Source of the DNA: a virus
Strand: one strand, 5' to 3'
DNA length: 64,000 nt
IMG/VR virus record: IMGVR_UViG_3300046820_001584
Span: 21,741 to 85,740 of that record
Position 1 is the stretch's first letter. Each line of letters starts with the position of its first letter. Positions 8,415-18,100 of the stretch are shown one piece after another. The translations under genes were made by a program, and so were the position numbers. The notes beneath the pieces were generated by a model, which was not told the origin of the DNA, searched no databases, and was given only the letters and a program-made list of their open reading frames with translations.

Positions 8415-11400
8415 TTAAACATAAATCGACCTACATGTAATTTTTGTTGAAGGCGACTGACTATAGCCCTGCTCAATATCTAAAATAATATATTTACCCG
8501 CAGTTTTGCCAGTATCCTCAGTAGAGTAGATCATATTATTTGGATAAGATATCTCAACGACATCCCCAGTTTCCAATATTGGGTTAGGGAAAATATCTAG
8601 CTGTATTACTGTTTGCTGCTTAGACCATTGTGTTCGCATCCACTTGGAAAGCTCTTTTGCCTCAGATTCTTTTTGAATCCACATAGATTCAAATGCTACT
8701 TGTTCATCATTTTTAGTTGCAGATAGGTCTGGGTCAAGATACTCAAATGGGTCTAGTGGTGCTACTGTTTCTCCAACAACAATAAAACTCTTTTCCCCTC
8801 CGTCTGCTAAATCAACAAATGCTCCTGTGTTATTTAGAATATATGCGTCTATGCCAAACGAGTTTGCATCATATCCAAGGAGTGTTACATTTGGGTTTAA
8901 TATTATTTGAGGGTACTTTACAAACCCTGGTCTAGTTGCGTACTTAGTTGATATTTTTTTAATCTCTCTTGCAACTGGCCCAAATTCCTTTACCCATGGG
9001 CTAGACAATGTAGATGCTTCTCCGCTGGCAATAAAATCACCAAATACGTTTTTTAGAGCTGTAGAAGAACCAACATATGACCCATAGTTATCGTAAGAAG
9101 AAGAACCAGCAAAGTCTTCTTTCTTTAATGAAGCTGCATATGCATAGTCAAACGCTGACTCGCCTTGTATGCCAATCAGTGCAATTTTATTTTCAATAGC
9201 TATGGGTGCAGAATCTGTTGCGGTGATTACTGTATTGTTAAATTTAATTTTAAATATTAGTTTACCAGAAGTTGCCTTAGAAACTCTTACATCTATTCTG
9301 TAGAACTCTCCACCAGAAACTCCAGTAATTGATGTGTCTTCTGTTTTTTGGCTATCAGAAACAATTGTCTCTACTCCATTAACAAGTTTAAATAATTGAA
9401 CATCTCTATAATTTAATCCTTTATTAGCAACGTTTTGAGAAGTTCCAACTTTTAAAATATATCCATTAAGATTATTTGCGGAAAGGCCTATACCCAAACC
9501 TGCAGATACATATTGTTCTCCAGTAACTCTTCCATTGCCATTTTTTGCAAGCTTGAAGAATAGCGCTGTTCCTACTGAAAAGTATGTCTCAGAAGCAAAA
9601 TTAAATGTAGGTGATATTGAAGCACAGTAATATTCTTTTGTTGAAGGAGGTGAAACAATAGTAAGTAGGGATCTAGAAATTGATTTTCCTGAACCATCTG
9701 TTTGCCTTAATGAGAATACCGATTCGTCATTAACATTTGTTTTTGCGGCTAAATTTAATTTACTACCTCTCCACTCTCCCTTTAAAGAATCTATTTCCAC
9801 TGTGTGTTCATCACCTACTCCTACACCCTTACCAGTAGCGTTAAAAGAGTTTCTTTCTTTGATTCTGTATCTAAGTGTAGGCTTAAATGAATTTATTTTA
9901 CTTTCACCTAAGTACTTAGCAATATCTGAATCAGATGTTATCCACTTGTATAAAACAGGTTTTCCTGCAACAGGAACTAATGGCTCGTAGCCAAATTCTA
10001 TTGCATCATATTCAATTATTTCATTGTTAATTAAAAAGTAACCAGTTTTATTATAAAAAGATGTGTCTGCTAAATCACTGTAAACGCTTATGGGAGACAA
10101 AGATACCACGCCCTTTGGTGCGTCTGTTTCAGCAGTAGCTGCTGCTGGGAGTGTAGTTTGTAGTGCTGCTGCACCAATTGCAGCTGGTGGAGAAACGTAA
10201 AGGTTATCTGATGAACCCTGGTAGTTTGTACTAATAATTGGAGTGTATATTACTTTTACTGCTTTAACAGAAGGAACTGTTTCTTTAGTTAAAGATATAA
10301 TGTTTGGTATGTTTGTTCCTTTGGTTTCACTTCTAAATTTAAAACTAGTTCCTCTTGTCTTATCAAACAGATAGTCTCTTGGATAGAATTGCAAAGTGTC
10401 ATTATTATCAAATGTTGCTATCATTTGTGTATCTTTACATAACTCTTGAATATGTTGCCATACTGTTTTTGTATCTTCTGTGTACCAATATAGTGGTACT
10501 ATAGTGGCTGAATCTACTTTGTTTGGATCCGCTTTCCCATATGTATTAAAGTTATATCCCGTAAAACCTACACTATCTAATAGTCTTCTTATAATTGCTT
10601 GCGATGGTGCGTTTTGAATTACAATATCTGGAGCCAATATTTCTTGTAAAAACTTTGCCCCATCTAATCCCTGTATGTCAATGTCTCCAAATTCGGACAA
10701 GGTAAAGGAGTCTATATAAAATACACCCTGCGGAATAACATCGTCTCCTATTTTATTAAATGGAGTCACCTTTACATTTTTATATAGATTAATATTGTCT
10801 TTGTTAAACGGCATTGTTTTATCGTATTCAATTCCTTTTTTATCATATCCTTCAAGTGAAAGTGATAGTGCATTTGAAGTAACAGATCCTACTGGAACAA
10901 TACCAGATGAGTCATCGGATGAAGTTTTTGAAACCTGAAAAGAAACTATTCTATTTGATACATCTTGTATATACCGTGCTCCAACCTCTATTACTCCAAG
11001 GTACGAATCGGCAACGCTGATTGTGCTTACAGATACAATAACTTTTTTAACGTTAACTGGTGCAGATGGTGTTGTAAATTTTGTTGTTGACCATGCAGAT
11101 CCACTCCAATATAATTGAAATACTCCATTATCTGGAACTACACCATTTGTAGATATAGTGGATTCAACACCAGCATGGTCTTGTATTTTAATAGACCAGT
11201 TGGCTGGCTTAGAGTAGGATGTTTCAAATTTAACTAACACTGTATTTGCTACAGCTGTTTTAGATGCTGGATACTCTACAGTAAAACTAAAATTATCTAA
11301 AATTGTTCCCCCAGACTTAGGAGAAACCCAGAATTTATATTGATTCTTTGGGCTAGAAAAATAAGTTCTTACTGGAAGATCTGATGAAACATTGTATTTA

Positions 11401-11684
11401 GGTATGTTATTGACAACGTTTTGATTTAATATAAAATAATTAATTCCGCCTTTTGAAGGTCTTCTTGGATCTATTATACTTGTTAAAGGAAATAGTTTTT
11501 TAAATGGCTGATATGTCTTACCAGTAATTGGATCTGTTTGAGTTGCTGTTTCAGCTGGTGTAGCTGTTACTTTTGCATCTAAAATTAAATCGTTCATATT
11601 ATATTCTAGCCAGCATCCGCCCGACATTGAATATGATGGAGATGTATTTAGTTTATCTAGAGTTGCTTGGCTTACTGATTGCAT
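8415..11684 (-). CDS. large minor tail (tail-tip/hub) protein
   Basis: About 1089 aa from MQSVSQ (TAATG overlap); second gene after the tape measure gene. Confidence 0.7.
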   Translation of the reverse strand: MQSVSQATLDKLNTSPSYSMSGGCWLEYNMNDLILDAKVTATPAETATQTDPITGKTYQPFKKLFPLTSIIDPRRPSKGGINYFILNQNVVNNIPKYNVSSDLPVRTYFSSPKNQYKFWVSPKSGGTILDNFSFTVEYPASKTAVANTVLVKFETSYSKPANWSIKIQDHAGVESTISTNGVVPDNGVFQLYWSGSAWSTTKFTTPSAPVNVKKVIVSVSTISVADSYLGVIEVGARYIQDVSNRIVSFQVSKTSSDDSSGIVPVGSVTSNALSLSLEGYDKKGIEYDKTMPFNKDNINLYKNVKVTPFNKIGDDVIPQGVFYIDSFTLSEFGDIDIQGLDGAKFLQEILAPDIVIQNAPSQAIIRRLLDSVGFTGYNFNTYGKADPNKVDSATIVPLYWYTEDTKTVWQHIQELCKDTQMIATFDNNDTLQFYPRDYLFDKTRGTSFKFRSETKGTNIPNIISLTKETVPSVKAVKVIYTPIISTNYQGSSDNLYVSPPAAIGAAALQTTLPAAATAETDAPKGVVSLSPISVYSDLADTSFYNKTGYFLINNEIIEYDAIEFGYEPLVPVAGKPVLYKWITSDSDIAKYLGESKINSFKPTLRYRIKERNSFNATGKGVGVGDEHTVEIDSLKGEWRGSKLNLAAKTNVNDESVFSLRQTDGSGKSISRSLLTIVSPPSTKEYYCASISPTFNFASETYFSVGTALFFKLAKNGNGRVTGEQYVSAGLGIGLSANNLNGYILKVGTSQNVANKGLNYRDVQLFKLVNGVETIVSDSQKTEDTSITGVSGGEFYRIDVRVSKATSGKLIFKIKFNNTVITATDSAPIAIENKIALIGIQGESAFDYAYAASLKKEDFAGSSSYDNYGSYVGSSTALKNVFGDFIASGEASTLSSPWVKEFGPVAREIKKISTKYATRPGFVKYPQIILNPNVTLLGYDANSFGIDAYILNNTGAFVDLADGGEKSFIVVGETVAPLDPFEYLDPDLSATKNDEQVAFESMWIQKESEAKELSKWMRTQWSKQQTVIQLDIFPNPILETGDVVEISYPNNMIYSTEDTGKTAGKYIILDIEQGYSQSPSTKITCRSIYV

Positions 11685-12133
11685 TATACTTCTTCCAGTG
11701 CAATAGTTACATCCCAAAATGCTTGTGCTGTATCCGCCGCTTTTTCCTTTACATTTCTTTTAATTAAATTAAATGAGCATGAGGTAAAGCTTGCTACAAA
11801 ATCTTCGGTCCTAGTTGTGTTGTATGCTATTCTGGCATTAAATGTTCCTTGTCCTTTAGCGCTTAAATAGAATGTCTTTATATCTTCTGCGCCCCAGCCG
11901 CCGTCTACGGTCATTGTGGAGTATGACGGAACCATGCTCCAAGAGGTGGACACGTTCTTCTTATCGGCTATAAACAGCTTTCTAAGGCTTCCATTGGCCA
12001 TTCTAGCAGTTTGCTCAAAGCGCTGGGTATCTATCGATATAGGAGATCTATTATGTTCAGTTAGTTTTTGCCATGCGCCAGCGGAATCTTGTATAAACAA
12101 GGCTGATCCTACTGGTAAAATTAAAGCTGGCAT
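11684..12133 (-). CDS. distal tail-like protein
   Basis: Immediately follows tape measure gene; RMANGSLR motif, ends LEEV. Confidence 0.65.
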   Translation of the reverse strand: MPALILPVGSALFIQDSAGAWQKLTEHNRSPISIDTQRFEQTARMANGSLRKLFIADKKNVSTSWSMVPSYSTMTVDGGWGAEDIKTFYLSAKGQGTFNARIAYNTTRTEDFVASFTSCSFNLIKRNVKEKAADTAQAFWDVTIALEEV

Positions 12134-15100
12134 TATATATTCTTCCCCTGTCCAACCATTTTAACATTAATCTTAGCCTTTTGTCCAATAACTATTTCAG
12201 CCTTCTTAACAATCATATTTGATAGTGCTTCGACATCCATTCCTTCTGAAGCATAAATATTTTGATTAACAACATATGAATTGCCTGAAGCAGATCCATC
12301 CTTTAAACTATACTGAGCTTTATTAAAATTATATCTTGGAGATGCGGCAGCCAATGTATTCATAACATCGTTTGGCATAATGTTGGCACGGTTTTTTAAG
12401 TGAACAAATTCTGGTCCATTTTCTCCAACAAGGAACATTCCCTTGCCACCCATAACACCTGTTGCTGCTTTTTTAGGCTTTGGTGCATGCCATATCGGAG
12501 TTCCTCCAGTACTATTCATTCCATACTTTTGTCCCCCGAATAGGAATGTCTCTCCTACTTGAAGATCCAATCTCTTTCTAATAGCATCACGAGCTTCTGC
12601 GTTTAAGACTTGAACCTTTTTACCATCAAAAGTTTTATCTTCCATCTGACTAGCATAATTACCAGTTACTTTAATGTCTTTTCTAAGAGCTGCGCTACCA
12701 GGAGTCTTGCCCTTTACGGCATCTACAACATCCTTAAGAGTTGCTCCACCCTTAATGCTATTTGCCAGTGCGTCGTTGACTGGTGATCCCGCTCCTGATT
12801 TTGCTAAGATCGCTAATGCGTTTGCTTGTGGTGTAACTGGAACCTTTTTAGTTACTAGAGTGCCACCTTCGTAAGCTTTTGTTTCAGTATATCTTGCCAT
12901 TTTTTGGCCAGTAGCAGCTTCAACTGCAGCTACTAATCCAGATGCAGCTTCTTTGTTTGCCTTAACATATTCTTCTACTGATTGACCTGCTGCAGCTGCA
13001 TTTCCATAAAGCGCAGTCATTGAATTATTAACCTTGTCTATTGCTGCTTTCTGTTCATCATACTTACCACGGACCTTATCTAAGCTTTCTCCAGCTAGTG
13101 CAGCACTATCTGCAAGCTTCTGCTGCTTGTTGCCCATAGCTTCAATAGCAGCCTTAAGTGGTGCATTTGCTGCTTCGTTTGCTTTGTCAATTGCTTTAGT
13201 TTGAGATTCTGTTTGCTGTGTAGTGGTTAATGTTTCTAAATCAAGTCTGAGCTCTTGAGCTTTTTGAGTGTCTCCAGTAGCTGAAGCGTTTTGCATTTCA
13301 AGTCTAGTTTTTTCAATTTGTCTTCCGAGATCTGCATCAGCCTGTGCTGCAGTCAAAGCTTTCTTTCTTGCATCTGCAAGTTTATTATTAGCTTCAATTT
13401 GCTTGTTTAATCCAGAAATCTTTTCTCTATCGGATATCTGCTGAGAAACTGTTTGTCCCTTTAGTGCCTTAGTATAAGATTTAATCTGATCTTCTAGTTT
13501 GCCAAGAGCAGAATACTGCTTGCTTAACATTCCGTCTTTACTTGAATTTGTTGCTACTACAGCTGTTGCTATGGCATTAAATGAATCAGAAATTAATTGT
13601 GTTTGAGCAGCATTTAATTGAGAAAGGTCTCCAGTAAAGCCCTTTGCCTGCAATCTAATTTTTTGCCATACGCTGACAACTGTATCTGACCCATTAATCA
13701 TTTTCTTTACTTCTGGATTTGTCTTTGCCATTTCATCAATGGTGCCTTGAGTAATTACTGTTCCAGCTTCCTTTGATTTATTGATCTGGTCAATCATTAT
13801 CTTTTCAGCTTCTGCAAAACTTAGAGACTTAGTCTTTCCAGTTAAATCTTTTGCTACTAATCTTTCTCTTTTTGCAATTAAATCATTAATTCCAGTCTCA
13901 GTTGCCATCAATGCTGTATTTAATGAGGCAGCCTTTTCTTTATTACCCTGGTCTTTAGTATCTTTGCCAAAGCTTGTTACTGCAGAAACTGCAGCAGATT
14001 GTGGATCGGTAATTGCTTTGAAGTCTACGTTACCCATTGTTGCAGTAATTGCTTGATCTTTCTTATTTGAAAGCTGAAGCATTGTATAAACCTTTTTAGT
14101 TGCATCTTCAGCAGACATACCAGCAGCTATAAGCTGCTCTTTAATTCTTCTAACTGCATCTGGAACCTTAGTTGAAGGCTGACGGTCTAATGCATCAATC
14201 TGTTCTTTAAATGTTTCCTTAACTTCAACCTTTAGCTTTTTGTATTCTGCAATTGTCATCTGGAATGGAGTTCCGCCATCCTTCATGCTTTCATAAACTA
14301 ATCTATTTGCATCTGCTAAATCTTTTGAATTTTGAATAGTATCTTTAATCTTTGATCCAAAGTCTGTGAATCTTAAGTTAGCTTTTTTGGCTGCTTCGGC
14401 AGTCATACCAAATGTAGATACGTTAAGTTCTTGTCCCTTTTTATAGTGTTGCCACATTTTGTATCCAGCATATCCAGCTGCTGTAACTGCTGCAAGCGGA
14501 GCAACTAATCCAGCAGCCGCTGCTGCTGTGGCTCCAAAGCCAGCTGAAGCTAATCCTGCTGTTGCTGCGCTAGCTGCGGCTCTTGTAGCAATCTTTCCTC
14601 CAATACCCTTCATGATAGATTGTCCACCCATCATTCCAGCCATGCTTCCCATCATTGCACCAGTTTCACCGCCAAGCTTTCCTCCAACTGCTCCACCAAC
14701 GGCCATTCCGCCCATCATTCCAACTGTGCTTCCGACTGCTCCTTGACCAAATGTTGCTGGATTTATTAAGCCTTTATTCTTCATGTATTGCATTGGATGC
14801 AACATGTTAGAAGTTGTATATCTTGCATTGGCAGCAAAGTTTTGACGTAGTGTTGCACCACCATAAGCTCCTGGAGCAACTGGTGGAGGAGAAGCAGCAA
14901 AACCTTTGAGATAAGATCCAGCTGCTTTTATTTGAGTACCGACTGCTTTAGCTGTTGTAGAAATTTGTGAACCTATGTACTTTATTCCAGTTACTAGTGG
15001 ATTTAGCGCTGATTTAATTTGTCCTGGCAGCATTCTTGCGCCCACTACAAGTTGGTCACCAGAATACTTAATAACCCTTCCAGTTGTAAGCGCATCTTTC

Positions 15101-18100
15101 TTAACACTTGTTCCAAAGGCGAATAAGGCCATCTCTATTTGTTTTGACGCAGATAGTAGGGCTGCTTGTGTTTTATTTAAAGCTGCATGACCTAATGTGA
15201 GTCCAGGCATATATGGCAAAGAACCTTGTACCCCGTATGTGTTTGTTCTAACACCGCCATTGCCAACTACTGTTGTTTTTGATCCAGTCAATGGGCCAGG
15301 CTTACGCTCTGGTGCTTCTACTGGCGCAGGAACATATGCCGCTGCACGTTCTGCCTTAGCTCTTTCTTGTGCTGCACGAGCCGCAGGATTTCCCTTACGA
15401 CCATAATAATCTTTGCTACGACGAATGATTCCACCAGCTTCAAAACCTGGTATTATCTTTCCGCTTTCAGAAGGACTAAATATTTCTGGGCCTTTTTCTC
15501 CAACAATATAATTTTGTCCTGGAGATACTGGACCGCCCATTTCTCTTTTGCCATCAATACCGAATATTGTTTTCTTAAGTTCTGCAGTAATAGGGGTATC
15601 TTTTTTTGAATCCCAGTTTAGATATTTCTTTCTAAGAATGTCTTTATCAATTGGAGATAGCTGTCTTATAAGATTTCTATCACTAAACAAATCGCTAGCT
15701 GCCGATCTAATAACTGAATCTAATGATGCTGGCTCAAGTGCATTCTTTAAAGAGCCCTTTGCATCTTTAACATAACCGTAAGGCTTTTCTTTTGCTAAAG
15801 CTGCAGCAAATTTATCATAAAGTAGTTTTTGTGTATTTTTTCTTAATCCAGAATTTGCAAACAATTTGTTTGCCATTTCGATTGAAAGTGAATTAACTCC
15901 CCAAGGGGCTGACTCATACATGCTTGGCTTAGGGGCACCAGTAGGACCAAATCCAGCACCTATTCTTCTCATGGCTAATCCCTTTAGCACATTGCCAATT
16001 GATCCACCTCCGTTAAATCCGTTAAGAGGTGTTTTAAATGAATTGTCAGAAAGAGATACTGCGTGTCCTCTTTGTCTAATTCTTAGTTCTGCTTCTTCCT
16101 TTAGCTTTTGAAGTGCGGCTGGGGTAAGAGCCTTTGATTGTGAAACCTTAACTGCAGAATGTATTCCATGGAATTCTTCCCAGTTTACTCTTCTTCCATC
16201 TTCAAGTCTCTTGATCATTGCTGCATATACAGCAGACTCTTCTGTGTTTAATTTACCAAGGGACTTGGCTACTGTTTCTTTAAGTCTAGGTAATACATCA
16301 TCTATCTCATCTATCATAGCCTTATGATATTGTTTTGGAGTCATTCCCTTTGGAATAGCCAATGTAGATTCAGCAAAGAATCTTCTTGCTCCGCCCTTTA
16401 CTCCTAGCAGATTAATATTTGCTTGGTCTTTCATTGAAATCATATTTTCTTCATATGATCTCTTACCAGAAGCTGTCTTAAATACACCAGCAGTACCTAC
16501 GTCATTTAATGTGCTTCCATAAAGGTTATCTGGGCTTAAATCTTTATCACCTCTTAGATTAGCTGCAACTAACTGCTTGAAATAATCTTTCTTTGTAAAT
16601 TCTCCAGATGCTTTTGCAAATGCTTCATCATAAGGAGACTCTAGAACTAATAGTTTTCTTCTACCTGCTGGATCGGTAGGATCAATCATTGTTCTAATTT
16701 CTTGCTTAGGGGCATTTAGTCCATGTGCCTCTCTAGCAATAATAGTAGCCCTTTGTTCTGCAAGTGCTGCGGTTTCATCCATTACTGGTTTAACAAATAC
16801 TCTTGTGCCATCTGCTTTTTCATATAAACCGCCAATACCTGGAACTGGGAAACTTCTTCCTGTTGATGGAGAAATTAACTTACCAAAATCTGTTACAGGC
16901 ATTCCTGCAAATCTACTGGTTTGTACTCCAGAATTAATTTCTTCCATGGTAAGTCTAGCTTTTCTTTGTAGTTCTACATCTTTAAATCTTTTTGGTATCC
17001 CAAGGAACAATGGTCTGCCATATGAGCGCTTGCCCTTTGTAACAGTACCACCAATCATTCCGCCAGCATTTTTTCTTTCTACTACATTTCTTTTTAAAAG
17101 CTTTAATTTAGCTGCAGATCCTCCTGCAGCAACAATGCTTGAATCAATAAATGGAATAAATGAATCGAAAGTTATATCTCCCTTCTCATCTCCAATTTTC
17201 TTTGACTCTTTGCCCTTTAATGATGCAGCAATTTTTGCATCAATTTCTCTTTCAGTATCTGCCCACTTTGATCTGTGAACTCCTGAACGTTGCATTATAG
17301 TATCGTATTTGCCAGTACGAGACATATTTCTTTCTAAGAAATTTTTAGCAATTAGTGTACCGTGGTTTGCTTGCAGATTAGATCTTGAATCATAATCAAC
17401 TGTGTACTTGCTAACAAATCTTCTGCCATTTCTTACTGATGCTCTGGTTAAATGTGTAGCATGAGTTACTCTTTCAAGATCCAAGGCTGGTAGCTTATTT
17501 TTTGCTAACAGTTTATCCAATGCTCCGCCACGCTCTAAATGGCCTGGCTCAATTGTAAATGTATCTCTTGCAAATCCCTTGTCCATTCCGCCTCTTCCAG
17601 TTCGTATAGAACCAGAAAAATCTTCTAGCAGGCTGGCTGCTCTTCTTCTTTCTCCAGCAGGCAAAGACCTTATGTAGTCATTAAGTACTGCCCTTGTTGT
17701 TGCTCCTCTAGCTAGCCAAGATCTAGATCCGTAGCCTCCTACGTACTGTGCATCTCTTTCTCTTACGGCTGCTCTTTGTAAATTTCTTTTTTCAGCTAGT
17801 AAAACTAACTGCTTTCTATATGCTGTTCTATTTGATGTAAATAGTCCTCTTATTATTGCGGCAGATGGAGGAACTAATCCATAGCTAGATCTAGAAAGCG
17901 TAATATTTCCACCAGCCATATTTGCCTGAAGAGGAGTTCCATTATTTGCAGCATCTACTGCTCTAAATAATTCTGGATTATTTTGTATGCCTGGGCCAAA
18001 TACTGTTTCTTGTGGAGTAAGCAATGCTGTTATATTGCTGCCAGATTTTTTATGTGTTGAAGGTGCGGCTGCAACAAGTGCTGCGTTTCTTGGATCTAGC

